62,293 nucleotides of DNA, filler included, from Chiloscyllium plagiosum (GCF_004010195.1; 3 parts of one record of this genome joined end to end with filler, not necessarily neighbours in it); one strand, 5' to 3'. Shown: positions 1-12,375, counted from the first letter of the whole stretch. Numbers and translations: made by a program. The notes: generated from the sequence alone by a model not told the origin.

Positions 1-160
1 TGATTGTTGGGGTGTGAGGGTGGGGAGTGATCATTGTTGGGGAGTGAGGGTGGGGAGTGATCACTATTAGGGTGTGAGGGTGGGGAGTGATCATTGTTGG
101 GGAGGGGTGTGAGGAGTGATCACTGTTGGGGAGTGAGATTGGGGAGTGATCACTCTCAAA
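1..160 (+). repeat. G-rich ~30-bp minisatellite (gggtgtgagggtggggagtgatcattgttg), truncated by window start
   Basis: About 5 imperfect tandem copies visible in lines 1-121. Confidence 0.85.
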
Positions 161-459
161 GGGTGCGGGTGGCTGGGTCCTCTCAGTGGTGGGGTATGTG
201 TGAGGGGGAGGGGGAGCTGTGTGGGTGGGGTTGGGTATTAGTTGGGTGATGGTACTGAAGAAAAGCCACCTGTCCGTTAATGAGCTTGAACTTTGCTAAA
301 AGCAACACCTGCTGTAGCGACAAGGGAATGTTTAACACTCCCTGGCAATCCTACTGTACATGGGACCCCTGAATATCAGGTGGTTCTGAATCTCAGAAGG
401 AGCTGGGGTGAAAACTGCTGGTAAGAAATTGCAGAGTTTGCTCCTAATACAAGAATGCT

Positions 460-1335
460 TGAATAGAATAAAACCGAATAAAACAGAATAGCCTTTATTG
501 TCACATACACTTGAATGTATGTAGTGAAAAGTGTGTAATGTTGCCTCTCGGAGCCATCTTTGGTACAGGGTACCAAGGTACAGATACTTTCACTGTTGTT
601 AAAGAATTGAAATTGTGAAAATAAAAATTAGACTAGCGTGGGAATACATCTTCTAAAAAGTCCAGAATGATAACAAAAAAATCTTTATAGTACTCAAATT
701 TCTCATCCTATTCACTGAGTCTGTGCCCGCTAGGCTTCAGCACCCAAGGCCTTGCTGTCTCTACACGTTGGCCTCCATCCAGGTCTCAACCCACCTGGCC
801 AGGCTGGGTTCACCCGGCTCGCCCTCCGGGGTTCTGTCCACGCTCACCCTGCTCCCGTTCTGGGCTCCGGCTATGACTCAACTTCCAGCTTGGCCCGCGC
901 CCGGTCTATTCCCGCTCCAGGTTCTGGCCAGGCCTCCCCTCCGGGGTTAGGCCCACGCTCACCCTGCTCCCTGCCTTGGGTTCTGGCCACGTCTCCCCTC
1001 CGGGGTTAGGCTGATGCTCAGTCTGCTCCCGTTCCAGGCTCCGGTCACACCTCAGCTCCCAGCTTGGCCCTTGCTCACCCTGTTCCCACTCCTGGCTCCG
1101 AGAGGCAACATTACACACTTTTCACTACATGCTATGTCTCCCCTCAGGTGTTCAGCCAATGCTCACCCTGCTCCCACTCCCTCCTGGTAGGGTAGTTTAA
1201 GAAGTTAAAAGTTGGTAGGTGTTGGGGGGGGAAATAAAACTTGTAGCAAGAAGATAAAGAAAGGAAAAAAGCATAAAAGGAGCTGGCAAGCATATGAACT
1301 CTGCCTAGAGTGTCTTACTCTGCCGTCATTTTAAC
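460..1335 (-). mobile_element. Probable non-autonomous, LINE-derived retroelement with an internal GC-rich ~60-bp tandem array
   Basis: Minus strand ends in aataaaggctattctgttttattc..., a simple-repeat tail typical of non-LTR 3' ends. Repeated ccctccggggtt...gctcaccctgctccc units at ~820-1190. Family not identified. Confidence 0.4.
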
Positions 1336-1882
1336 ATTAACCAAGCAGAGTGACTATCTGACATTGGTCACCCCCATTCCTCGACAGCAATCTCATTGTG
1401 ACCACCACTGTTTGGAAGATTTGGGCCTTCATATGAGCTGAGATACACAGAACACATTTGATCTGACTAATAGCAGAACCAATTAGCACAGGAAAGAGCC
1501 ACTCTATTCACTTGCGTAAAAGTCAGAGTTAAGACACATGAGGGGGAGATATCTTTTGCCAATTTACAGTGAAATTAGCAACTTGAATGTGCAGAAGATC
1601 ATTTTTACAATTTCCCATTCAGCAACAAAGTGCAAACTCTTCCCCTACATATTATTTCCTTTTGAATCTTAATGCTCCTTTCAGTCTAGTTCCAAATGTC
1701 TATTATATTATTGTTGAATAGATTTTATAGCACAGAAACACATCATTCAGGGCAAATGCTCTCGGCTAGTGTAAATGATCCATACAAGTTTTCTTTCACC
1801 TTATAAAAACAACTGAAGCAACACAATCTTCTATTCCCTTCTCCCTCATGCTCTGGTCTGACTCCCTCTTCCATTTCTCTAG

Positions 1883-2605
1883 AGTCATCGTGATCCACAT
1901 GCTGAACAAATATCTTAAATTAATCTTGTCCCATTTGCCAGCATTTGGCCCATATCCCTCCAAACCCATCCTATTCATATACCCATCCAGTTGCCTTTTA
2001 AATGTTGCAATTGTACCAGCCTCCACCACTTCCTCTGGCAGCTCAGTCCATGCACCACTGTCTGCGTGAAAAAGTTACCCCTTAGGACCATTTTAAATCT
2101 TTCCCCTCTCACCTTAAACCTATGCACTCTAGCTCTGGACTCCCCAACCCCAGCAAAAAGACCTTGTCTGATTATCCTATCCATGCCTCTCATGATATTA
2201 TAAACCTCATAAGGTCAGCCCTCAGCCTCTGATGCTCCAGAGAAATAGCCCCAGCCTATTCAGCCACTCCCTATAGCTCAAACTCTTGTAACATCCTTGC
2301 AAATCTTGTCTCTACCCTTTCAATTTAACAACATCTTTCCTATAGCAGACAGGCCAGAATTGAATGGAGTATTGTAAAAATGGCCTAACCAATGTCCTGT
2401 ACAGCCTCATTATGATTCCCAATGCACTCTCCAATAAAGGCAAGTATACCAAGCACCTTCTTCACTATCCTATCTACCTGCGACTCCACCTTCAAGTGGA
2501 GTCAGCACTCGAAGGTCTCTTTGTTCGGCAATACTCCCCAGGACCCTACCATAAGTCCTGCCCTGATTTGTGTTACCAAAATGCAACATCTCACATTTAC
2601 CTAGA
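1883..2605 (-). mobile_element. CR1/HER1 LINE, 5'-truncated 3' part
   Basis: ORF2 C-terminal peptides (RGERFKMVLRGNFFTQ, VEAGTIATFKRQLDGYMNR) in frameshifted minus frames; CR1 3'UTR with atgactct tail. Confidence 0.9.
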
Positions 2606-2832
2606 TTAAACTCCATGTCACTCTGTCACTGAATTGAACTCTGTCACTTGCCTCATTCTTATGCAACAGGTTCTCCAGACATTTCTGAGTGAGGAGGGTT
2701 CTTTTTGAATTAACTACAGGATTGCAGGAACAGGGGTAAACTAATCTGCCCCTCAAGCCATTCAGTGAGATCATGGCTGATCTGTGACCAAACTCCATAT
2801 TGTTGGCTTTGATCTATATTCTTTAATAGCTG

Positions 2833-3240
2833 GGGCAGCACAGTGGCTCAGTGGTTAGCACTTCTGCCTCACAGCACTGGGAACCCGGGTTTGATTCCAG
2901 CTTCAGACAACTGTCTGTGTGGAGTTTGCACATTCTCCCTGTGTCTGCGTGGGTTTCCTCTGGGTGCCCTGGTTTCCTCCCACAGTCCAAAGACGTGCAG
3001 CTTAGGTGAATTGTTTAGGGAGAAAGTAAGGACTGGGGATCAGAGTCAAAAAGTGTGGTGCTGAAAAAGCACAGCAGGTCAGGCAGCATTCCAGGAGCAA
3101 GACAGTTGATGTTTCAGGCATCAGTCAAGGGAAAATGTAGAGCAATATGTTAGGGGAATATGTCTGGGTGGGTTACTCTTCAGAGGGTTGGTGTGGACGT
3201 GTTAGGCCAAATAATCTGTTTCCACGCTGTAAGGATTCTA
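2833..3240 (+). mobile_element. HE1-like tRNA-derived V-SINE, interrupted by a PLE-repeat fragment (~3016-3124)
   Basis: A-box tggctcagtggttag, B-box ggtttgattcc, core tgtgtggagtttgcacattctcc. Confidence 0.9.
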
Positions 3241-3805
3241 TAAACCTATCCTTATCAAAAATGATGTGTCTCAGATTTTAAAATTGATAGCTGATTTAAT
3301 ATCAACTAATATCATTATTTGTGGAAACGAGTTCCAAACTCTAATACCCTTTGTGTGTGGAAGTGCTTCTTTATGCCTCTCCTGCATGGTCTGCTCTGTT
3401 GTTTAGACTATGTCCCTAGTTCTAGAATCCCCAGCCTCTGGAAATAATTCACCTTCATCTACCCTGTCTTTTCCAGATAATATCATCAAGACATTGATCA
3501 CTCTTTAACCTTTGAAAATCAGATGGCCAGGTCCTCTTGTAAACAATGGCAGAAATTGCTAGAGGAAACCAACAGGTCCGTGGAGAGAAAGCAGAGTTAA
3601 CGTTTTGGATCCAGTGACTCTTCATCGGAACAAGGAAAAGGTATATATATATTAGTTAAAGATGGGGTTGAGGGGGAGGTGAGGAGTAAACAATAGGTGG
3701 AGATAGAGCCCAGAGAGAGAGAAAAACACAGCCAGGAAGACACAGGCATGGGTGTAGGTCAGGCTCGGAGAATGAATGGCTGCTAATGGGGACCATTAGT
3801 GATTG

Positions 3806-4227
3806 GGAGAAAGTGAGGACTGCAGATGCTGGAGATCAGAGTCGAGAGTGTGGTGCTGGAAAAGCACAGCAGGTCAGGCAGCATCCGAGGAGCAGGAACC
3901 CCAACGCACACAGACATAGACACACACACACACACACTCGCACACTCACACTCACTCACACACACACACACGCACACACACTCACACACACACACGCACA
4001 CTCACGCACCCACACATGCACATACGTGCACATGCACAAACTCGCATACACACACACGCGCGCGCGCGCACACATGCGTGCACACACACACATTAACTCC
4101 CCATCTGAGAGTGAAGCCGGCCTGAGGGGATGGCAAAGAGATAAAGGGCTTATGCCCGAAATGTTGATTCTCCTGCTCCTCGGATGCTGTTTAACCTGCT
4201 GTGCTTTTCCAGCACCACACTCTCGAC
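3806..4227. mobile_element. Inverted pair of PLE terminal-repeat fragments enclosing a CA microsatellite; 14-bp TSD
   Basis: Arms ~3806-3897 and ~4141-4227 are reverse-complementary; flanks accattagtgattg (3792-3805) and accgttagtgattg (4228-4241). Confidence 0.8.
3902..4092 (+). repeat. Imperfect (CA)n/(CG)n microsatellite
   Basis: Direct inspection. Confidence 0.95.
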
Positions 4228-5309
4228 ACCGTTAGTGATTGACAAAGGGTCATTTGTGGTAACAGCCCATGTCACGGCATGGCCTATTGGGGTAAAGACA
4301 TGGAGAAGGTGCTCTGGCCCTAAAAGAATTGAACTCTGTATTGGGTCCTGAAGGCAGGTGGGTCCCCAAACGGAAAATGAGGGGCTGTTCTTCAAGCTTA
4401 CACTGAGCTTTGCTGGAGCACTGCAGCAAGCCTGAGACAGAGATGTTGGCCAGGGAACAGGGTGGGGTGTGTTGAAGTGGTCGGCAACTGGAAGCTCAGG
4501 GTCTTTTTTACGAACAGAGCGTAGGAGTTCTGCAAAGTGGTCACCCTGTCTGCATTCATCTCCCCAGTGCAGTGGAGACCACATTGTGAGCAGCAAAGGT
4601 AGTAAACTAGGTTGTGTGAAGTGCAGGGAAATCGTTGTATCACTTGAAAGGACTGTCTGGGGCTTTGGATAAGGAGGAAGGAAGTAAACTGGCAACCTTC
4701 TGTGATTGCATGGGAAGGTGCTATAGGGGAAGTGGGGAGTTGTTGGGACTGGAGGATGATTGGATCAGGGTATCCCAGAGAGAATGGTCCTTGCAGAAGG
4801 CTGACAAGAGGAGGGTGGGAATATAATGGGTTGGTGTTGACATCCCACGAGATGTCGCAGAAACGGTGGCTAATGATCCTCTGAGTGTGGGTGCTGGCGG
4901 GATGGTAAATGAGAACCAGGGAGATCCTATCGCTGTTGTGGAATGGAAGAGAAGGGCTGAGGGCTACACATTGGGCAACCTCTTCACATCTTCACCGGAC
5001 ATTTCTGACCATATTTACAGCACCTTTGCACTTTAATGCCACATTGTAGAGGGCACCAGAATAATTAGATATCCTGGATATCCTGACAGCGCTGACTAAC
5101 TCTGGTTACTGCCAGTGGGAGGTTCAAGCAAGTCACAGATCAGAGGGGTACTGCGGTTAATGAGGTGAATTTGAGACAATAACTCAAGAAATCTTTCTGC
5201 ACCTCATGGATCTTGCATGAAACATCACAAAACTGAAACTTTGCCAATAATGATACGATTCAGTCCAACTCTTTTCAATCCTGCTGCATAGTACCTAATA
5301 CCTCTATAG

Positions 5310-5940
5310 AGAACATAGGAATTAGGACCAGGAGTAGGCCATTCAGGCCCTCGAGCCTGCTTCACCATTTGATACCATCATGGCTGATCTCATCTCAGCC
5401 TCAACTTCACTTTCTTGCCCACTCTCCATAACCCTACATTCCTTTACTAATTAAAAATCTGTCTTTTTCCTCTTAACTTTACTCAATGTTCCAGCATTCA
5501 ACTCACCCTGGGGTCATGAATTCCACAGTTCACAATTCTTTGAGAGAAGTAATTTCTCTTTATCGATGTTTTAGACCTATCACCCTAAAACTAGACTGGG
5601 AAATGCAGATTGATCCATATGAGGAAACATCCTCTCTACATCTACTTTGTCAATCCCTTTTAGTTTCTTACATACCTCAATTGCATCTCCTCTCATTCTT
5701 CTTAACTCAAGAGAGTATCGGCCTAAACTGCTCAGTTTCTCTTCATCAGACAAACCCCTTATCTCTGGAAACAATCTAGTGAACCTCCACTGAACTGCCT
5801 CCAATGCAACACATCCTGCCTCATATAAGGGGACCAAAACTGTGCACAGTAATCCACCTGTGGTCTCATGAATGCCTTGTTCCAGTTGCAGCCTACTTTT
5901 ACACACTATTCCTTCAGTAACCAATGTCCAAATTCTGTTT
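5310..5940 (-). mobile_element. Old CR1 LINE 3' fragment
   Basis: ALEAVQWRFTRLFPEIRGLSDEEKLSSLGRYSLELRRMRGD on minus strand; CR1 3'UTR. Confidence 0.85.
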
Positions 5941-6806
5941 GCAACATTCCTGAAGAATACAGACCCAGCTGAGGGAAAGACAAATGGTTTCCTTCAATAA
6001 TAAACTAGCTGGGAATACAAATTGTTAGGAAACAAAGTCACGAACGAGATTGAAATATCAGTACAAAACATCCAGCATGTTCTGCCTTTTTTTACTTCAG
6101 ATTTCCAGCATCTGCAGTATTTTGCTGTGGTTTCTGTGAAGCCATTGTTTGCTGACGCTGCAACAGGTTTGGGATTGCTGCTACATTTGATTTCAAGGTG
6201 TTTTATTGACATCTGAATTCAAATTGTAAGTCCAATTCTCAAAATGCCATGGTAAGGTTTGAACACAGAATCTCTGGTTTGTGACTGTGGTATGTTTAAA
6301 GCAGCAGACAGAATTACTAGAGCTCCATTCCCCTACTGCATCAATGCACATGTCCATGTATTCTGATTATTGAGCAGTAATCAGCATAGACACCCTACCC
6401 ACTCCACACAACCCTCCTCCTCCCCTTAAAACCTGTTTGTTAACAGTGATACAAGTTCAATAACTCTACGCCTTTCTCTCTGGTACAATGAAATCGAATT
6501 ATATGATATAGACTTGAAAGAACCAAAAAAATCTTTTATATTATCAAATTTGCATGCACCAGCAGTTGCTGTATTAAATGAGAAACAAATTGGGCTTTTG
6601 AATAGTTGCTTGTCTGTACCAGGATTATCTTTGCAATTTTAATGTCAGATTTGCAAATAATGTCAGTTTCATCACAATCATATTTCGAAAAGACACGGTG
6701 CAGTTTGATTTTAAGGGACAGAAGAAAAACATGTTCAGAAACAATCCTGATCAAATATGTCTTGTGATATTGAAATTAGTTTGGAATTGGCTTATTGAGG
6801 GGAATC

Positions 6807-6834
6807 GACGTTTCGGGCATAAGCCCTTCTTCAG
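6807..6834 (-). ncRNA. Minimal hammerhead ribozyme core (family A)
   Basis: Minus strand reads CTGAAGA-a-GGGC ttat GCCC-GAAA-cg-TC. Confidence 0.7.
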
Positions 6835-7099
6835 GAATGAGGAAAGTTTGTCCAGCAGGCTAAGATAAAAGGTAGGGAGGAGGGACTTGGGAGAGGGGCG
6901 TCGGAAATGTGATAGGTGGAAAGAGGTCAAGGTGAGGGTGATAGGTCAGACTGGGGTGGGGCGGAGAGGTCGGGGAAGAAGATCTCAGGTTAGGAAGGCG
7001 GTGCTGAATTTGATGGATTTGACTGAATTATATATAGCGTTAAGGTAGCTGACTAGCACAACAACACTTAAGCGTATATCATCCACTGCTTTTTCTTCA

Positions 7100-7367
7100 C
7101 TCGGAATATAAGCGAAGCTAGTAAAGCCTGGCAAAGTTACAAAACAGGGCTACTTGCATGCCAAATAGAATAAGCAACAATTGATATGCAGAGATAAGCG
7201 ATTCCACAACAAACAGATCTGATCCATGTTCTGCAGTCCTGTTTGCTGATGACTGCACAATCTTCAACGTCATTCATGACTCCTCAGACACTGATGTAGC
7301 CCATGCCCAAAATGTGGACAATGTCCAGGCTTGGGCTGACAAGAGGCAAGTAACATTCACATGATAT
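7100..7367 (+). mobile_element. Non-LTR (CR1/L2-group) RT fragment
   Basis: tttgctgatgactgcaca... translates FADDCTIFNVIHDSSDT, followed by NVQAWADKRQVTF. Confidence 0.65.
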
Positions 7368-8039
7368 NNNNNNNNNNNNNNNNNNNNNNNNNNNNNNNNN
7401 NNNNNNNNNNNNNNNNNNNNNNNNNNNNNNNNNNNNNNNNNNNNNNNNNNNNNNNNNNNNNNNNNNNNNNNNNNNNNNNNNNNNNNNNNNNNNNNNNNNN
7501 NNNNNNNNNNNNNNNNNNNNNNNNNNNNNNNNNNNNNNNNNNNNNNNNNNNNNNNNNNNNNNNNNNNNNNNNNNNNNNNNNNNNNNNNNNNNNNNNNNNN
7601 NNNNNNNNNNNNNNNNNNNNNNNNNNNNNNNNNNNNNNNNNNNNNNNNNNNNNNNNNNNNNNNNNNNNNNNNNNNNNNNNNNNNNNNNNNNNNNNNNNNN
7701 NNNNNNNNNNNNNNNNNNNNNNNNNNNNNNNNNNNNNNNNNNNNNNNNNNNNNNNNNNNNNNNNNNNNNNNNNNNNNNNNNNNNNNNNNNNNNNNNNNNN
7801 NNNNNNNNNNNNNNNNNNNNNNNNNNNNNNNNNNNNNNNNNNNNNNNNNNNNNNNNNNNNNNNNNNNNNNNNNNNNNNNNNNNNNNNNNNNNNNNNNNNN
7901 NNNNNNNNNNNNNNNNNNNNNNNNNNNNNNNNNNNNNNNNNNNNNNNNNNNNNNNNNNNNNNNNNNNNNNNNNNNNNNNNNNNNNNNNNNNNNNNNNNNN
8001 NNNNNNNNNNNNNNNNNNNNNNNNNNNNNNNNNNNNNNN
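7368..8039. other. Assembly gap (N run)
   Basis: N run. Confidence 1.
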
Positions 8040-8217
8040 CGGATTCAGCACCGCCTTCCTAACCTGCAATCTTCTTCCCGACCTCTCTGCCCCCACCCCA
8101 GTCTGACCTATCACCCTCACCTTGGCCTCTTTCCACCTATCACATTTCCGACGCCCCTCCCCCAAGTCCCTCCTCCCTACCTTTTATCTTAGCCTGCTGG
8201 ACAAACTTTCCTCATTC

Positions 8218-8245
8218 CTGAAGAAGGGCTTATGCCCGAAACGTC
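8218..8245 (+). ncRNA. Minimal hammerhead ribozyme core (family A)
   Basis: CTGAAGA-a-GGGC ttat GCCC-GAAA-cg-TC. Confidence 0.7.
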
Positions 8246-8489
8246 GATTCTCCTGTTCCCCGGATGCTGCCTGACTTGCTGCGCTTTTCCAGCAACACAT
8301 TTTCAGCTCTGATCTCCAGCATCTGCAGACCTCACTTTCTCCTCAATTGGCTTATTGACCTTTGCGTATAAAGCAGATTGTATGAATTGTTATGATCCCA
8401 GTTGAAGGTCGCCCTGGACAAGATAGATTTCAGAGTGAGACCTGGCTTGAGAAATCATCAGTTTTATTTCTGGAATTGTGGAGATCAGG

Positions 8490-9040
8490 CCTTAAGCCCA
8501 TAAGAAATTGGAAGTGTAGGCCATTCAGCCCCTTGAACTTATTTCACCATTCATTATTATCGTGGCTGATGTAGCATCCTTTGTGTTCACTTTCCTGCTT
8601 TTTCCTTGTAACCCTTGATACCGCTGATGTCCAAGAATCTATCTATCTCGGTCTTAAATATACTCAAGGACTCTTCCCCCACAGCTCTCATTGGCAAGGT
8701 GTTCAAGAGACTCACAACCATCTGAGAGAGGAAATTCCTCCTCATCTCAGTCTTAAATTGTGCCCCTTTATTCTGAGACTATGCCTTCTGGCCCTAGACT
8801 CTCCCATGAGGGGAAACAGCATTTATCCTGTCAAGCCTCTTAAGAATCCTATGTGTTTTAATGAGATCAACTCTCATGCTTCTAAAATACAGTGAGTGGG
8901 GCCCCAACCTGTGTAGCCTTTGCTCATTAGGCAATCCCTCTAAAGCAGGGATCATCCTCGTGAACCTTCTCTGAACTACCTCCAATGAAATAATATTTTA
9001 CCTTAAGTAAGGAGAGCAAATCTACCCACAGCACTCCATA
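8490..9040 (-). mobile_element. CR1 LINE 3' fragment
   Basis: EVVQRRFTRMIPALEGLPNEQRLHRLG on minus strand. Confidence 0.8.
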
Positions 9041-9299
9041 TGTCAGGCTCAGAGGTAACGCATCCAAGAATACTGTCGGAAATAAGAGTGGAAATTGCCA
9101 GATATGAACTTTCAATCCAATTTAAATAAAGGGTTGGTGCCCAAGGTCTGCTGAACAATACATATCACACTCTTATCTAAACAAGGATCCACCCAGCAAT
9201 AATCAGTCAAACAGTGTATGATATAAAAGGAGCAGTGATAAATGGAGGACATGGAAACTAGAGACTAGGAGCAGGAGTATGCTATATGGCCCATCAGGC

Positions 9300-9715
9300 T
9301 TCAGAGACAGTAAGGACTGCAGATGCCAGAAGCCAAAGTCAGTATATGTGAAGCTGGAAGAGCACAGCAGGTCAGGCAATATCCGAGGGGCAGGAATGTC
9401 AATGTTTCGGGCCAAACTCCTTCATCAAGACTGAGGAGAGGGAGGAGAAGCAATTAGAGGCAGGTGGGTGGGGCTGGGGAAAGTTCAGGTGGGATGGTGA
9501 TAGGTGGATGGAAGTAGGGTAGGCAGCCCGGGGAGCTTACAGTCCAATGTCCTCAATATTGACTTCACCAGCTTTGAAGTGCCTCCACCACCTCCCCCTC
9601 AGGCCTTATCCCATGTCCAGCCCTCCCTCTCCTTCTGACTTGACCTGACCTGTCCATCTTCCTACTCGCCTTCCCACTGACCAATCACAATAACCACCTA
9701 CATGCATCTACCCAG
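9300..9715. mobile_element. Decayed PLE terminal-repeat and ORF-end fragments
   Basis: aggactgcagatgc...gcacagcaggtcaggc motif; gggagcttacagtccaatgtcctcaatattgacttcaccagc resembles the PLE ORF end. Confidence 0.6.
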
Positions 9716-9719
9716 ATTT

Positions 9720-10075
9720 AGACAATAGATGGTGCAATTCTAAAGTGGGTGATGGAACAGGGGGACCTGGGTGGGGGGAGGCGGGGTATGCGTGCATAGT
9801 TCATTTAATGTGATAAGCTGGGTTGTAAAGATTGTTTGAAAAGCCTGGATATTATAAATCAGCCGGAGAGCAAAAGCACAGGAGAGCGGTGAATCTTAAT
9901 GTAACATTAATCTGGCCTCAGCCGGAGGATTGTGCCCAGTTTTACAAACTGCTCCTTTAGAAGGAAGTAAATGCTTTAGAGAGGGTGCAGTAAAGATTTT
10001 CAAGAATGGTTTCAGAGATGAGAGAGTACAGTTACATGGATAAATTGGAGAAGTTGAGGTCATTCTCCTCAGAGA
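9720..10075 (+). mobile_element. Old CR1 fragment
   Basis: Degenerate CR1 ORF2 C-terminal nucleotide motifs (gagagggtgcag...agatt, ggagaagttg). Confidence 0.55.
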
Positions 10076-11142
10076 ACCTCTGACTCGGTTGTGAATCTAT
10101 TACCAACTAAGGCAAGGTAAGCACTGAAATGTCAAAGTTGCCTATCTAATGCTAACATAGGATCACCTTTACCACATGGACTGTAGTGGATCAGTCAGAA
10201 AGTCCGTTGTCATTTCTCAAGGACAATAGGGACAGGCTATAAGCATGCTCCTGCCATTACCTGAAAGGATGATCTTTTGGCAGAATATGTAGCCCTTTAA
10301 AATAGCACATGATTTCTAAAAAAGATGATGTAAGGAAACTAGAGAATTTCAGGTTATTCTGGGTAAGTTCCCTGATTTCTCATTTCACACATGAAGAATT
10401 GAAGAGCAGCAGGAGCTGAACAAATTATGCAATGTGCTGCTTTTATCTTCAAACTTCACGCCAAGAATAATTAGCATCAAGGTAACATCACAATCCAAAT
10501 ATTTATTAACATGTGGATCAGACAGATCTCAAGTGCACCCTTGCATCTTTGAATACTCCATGGAGAAAGAGGTGAATCCCGATAATGAGGAACTTAAAGA
10601 GTATCCAACATTCAAAGCCTCACGGATGCCTATAAGTAGATGGGCCATAGAAGCTTCATTGTCGTATTCCAATCATTCCATCATCGTGTTGGCTGGTTGT
10701 GATGTTGACCTTCCACTGTCTCCTGAATCAAGAAAATTCTGGGTGCCAATCCTACTCCAGAGCCAAGTGTAAAAATCTAGTCGAGTGCTCCGAAAGGACA
10801 GAAAGTGGTGCAGAAACATTACAGTCTTGCAGCAACTAAAAAGAATGAAACAGTGAATGTTTCAAGTCCACTTTGATTATTCTTTGGAACTCCTAACAGG
10901 AGAATGCTTTCCTGTCAGAGATGCAACTCTCAGATGCATCAATCTTCCGAGACTTGGAGGTAGTATCTTTATCTTCACAGGGGTGAGAAAGATGGGCCAG
11001 CTCAATTTCTTTTATGTCAGAAGCTCACATGCGTTGGGAACCTGGTTGATCATTTTCAAGCAGACGGAAAGGTCGACATGGAGATGGGATCCCCCCACCC
11101 GAAGTTAAAGCTTGTGGGGACGGAAAGGCTGTCAGTCTTCAG

Positions 11143-11417
11143 GCAACCATGGTGGCACAGTGGTTAGCACTGTTGCCTCACAGCGCCAGAGACCCGGGTT
11201 CAATTCCTGCCTCAGGCGACTAACTGTGTGGAGTTTGCACATTCTCCCCGTGTCTGCGTGGGTTTCCTCCCACAGTCCAAAAATGTGTGGGTTTGGCCAT
11301 GCTAAATTGCCCGTAGTGTTAGGTGAAGGGGTCTGGGTGGGTTGTGCTTCAGCGGGGTTGGTGTGGACTTGTTGGGCCGAAGGGCCTGTTTCCTCACTGT
11401 AAGTAATCTAATCTAAT
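11143..11417 (+). mobile_element. HE1-like SINE
   Basis: A and B boxes, V-core, (aatct)n tail. Confidence 0.9.
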
Positions 11418-11572
11418 ATTAACAACAATACAGACTGCTAGCAGTCTAGAGTGTGAGAATTTGCACAGATGAGAGCCTCTGTACCAAAGAAGTCTCAGAT
11501 GTCACTGGGAGGCCAAAGGTCTGGCACGTATGAACAGGCTAGGGATCAGAGAGTTGCCAAGGGTTACTGTTG

Positions 11573-11703
11573 GGAGAAAGTGAGGACTTCAAGTGCTGGA
11601 TCATGAATGATTCCTGATGAAGGGCTTATGCTCGAAACATCGATTCTCCTGCTCCACTGATGCTGCCTGACTGGCTGTGCTTTTCCAGTGGCACACTCTC
11701 GAC
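11573..11703 (+). mobile_element. Short PLE-repeat element with hammerhead core (11614-11641) and 14-bp TSD
   Basis: CTGATGA-agggcttatgctc-GAAA-ca-TC; flanks aagggttactgttg (11559-11572) and aagggtcactgttg (11704-11717). Confidence 0.8.
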
Positions 11704-11717
11704 AAGGGTCACTGTTG

Positions 11718-12375
11718 CCTATGTCTAGGAAGGCAAATGCAATGTTGACATTTATTTCGAGAGGACTTGAGTATAAAAACAGGGATGTACTTCTGAGGCA
11801 TTATAAGGCTCTGATCAGACCACATTTGCAGTATTGCGTGCAGTTTTGGGCCCATATCTCAGGAACGATGTACTGACCCAGAGTGTGTTCAGAGGAGGTT
11901 CACAAGAATGGTCCCAGGAATGAACTGCTTAACATATGAGGAATGTTTGAGGTCTCTGGGTCTATATTCAATGGAGTTTAGAAGGATGAGGGGAGATCGA
12001 GTTGAAATTTACAAAATAATGAATGGCCTGGACAGAGTGGATGTTGGGAAGATGTTTGCATCGGTAGGAGAGACTAGAACCCAAGGGCACAGCCTTAGAC
12101 TAAAGGGAAGACCTTTTAGAACTGAGATAAGGAGAAACGTCTTCAGCCAGAGAGTGGTGAATCTATGGAATTCACTGCCACAGAAGGCTGTGGAGGCCAG
12201 GTCATTGAGTATATTTAAGACTGAGATAGATAAGTTCTTGAGTATCAAGGGGACCAAGGGTAATGGGGAGGAAGTGGGAGGATGGGGGTGAGAGACTTAT
12301 CAGCCATGATTGAATAGCGGAGCACTCTCAATGGGCTAAATGACCTAATTTCTGCTCCTACATCTTATGGTCTTA
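11718..12375 (+). mobile_element. CR1 LINE 3' part
   Basis: ALIRPHLQYCVQFW and RRNVFSQRVVNLWNSLPQKAVEA; ttatggtctt tail. Confidence 0.9.

Larger units (their letters stand above)
3545..4970 (-). mobile_element. Penelope-like element 3' part: decayed GIY-YIG endonuclease plus terminal repeat
   Basis: Minus-strand peptides FPCTSHNLVYYLCCSQCGLHCTGE and CRQGDHFAELLRSVRKKDPELPVADHFN; degenerate hammerhead-like terminal repeat at ~3598-3628; nested insertion at 3806-4227. Confidence 0.85.
6799..8344. mobile_element. Composite PLE-type insertion with inverted terminal arms (6799-7025, 8040-8344), spanning an N-gap
   Basis: Arms are reverse-complementary over ~200 bp; perfect 14-bp direct repeat aattggcttattga at 6785-6798 and 8345-8358. 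Confidence 0.75.

Noticed and set aside
2833..2905. tRNA-like sequence with A and B boxes (about 18 copies)
   Set aside because: These are SINE heads continuing into the V-SINE core, not tRNA genes
3783..4235. His/Thr-rich and Cys/Val-rich ORFs
   Set aside because: Translations of the CA microsatellite and PLE arms
7284..8165. Long ORFs filled with X (also 23368-24348, 37335-38090)
   Set aside because: Artefacts of translating through N-gaps
10434..10772. 112-aa ORF in non-repeat DNA
   Set aside because: No recognisable domain, non-ATG start, no convincing splice signals
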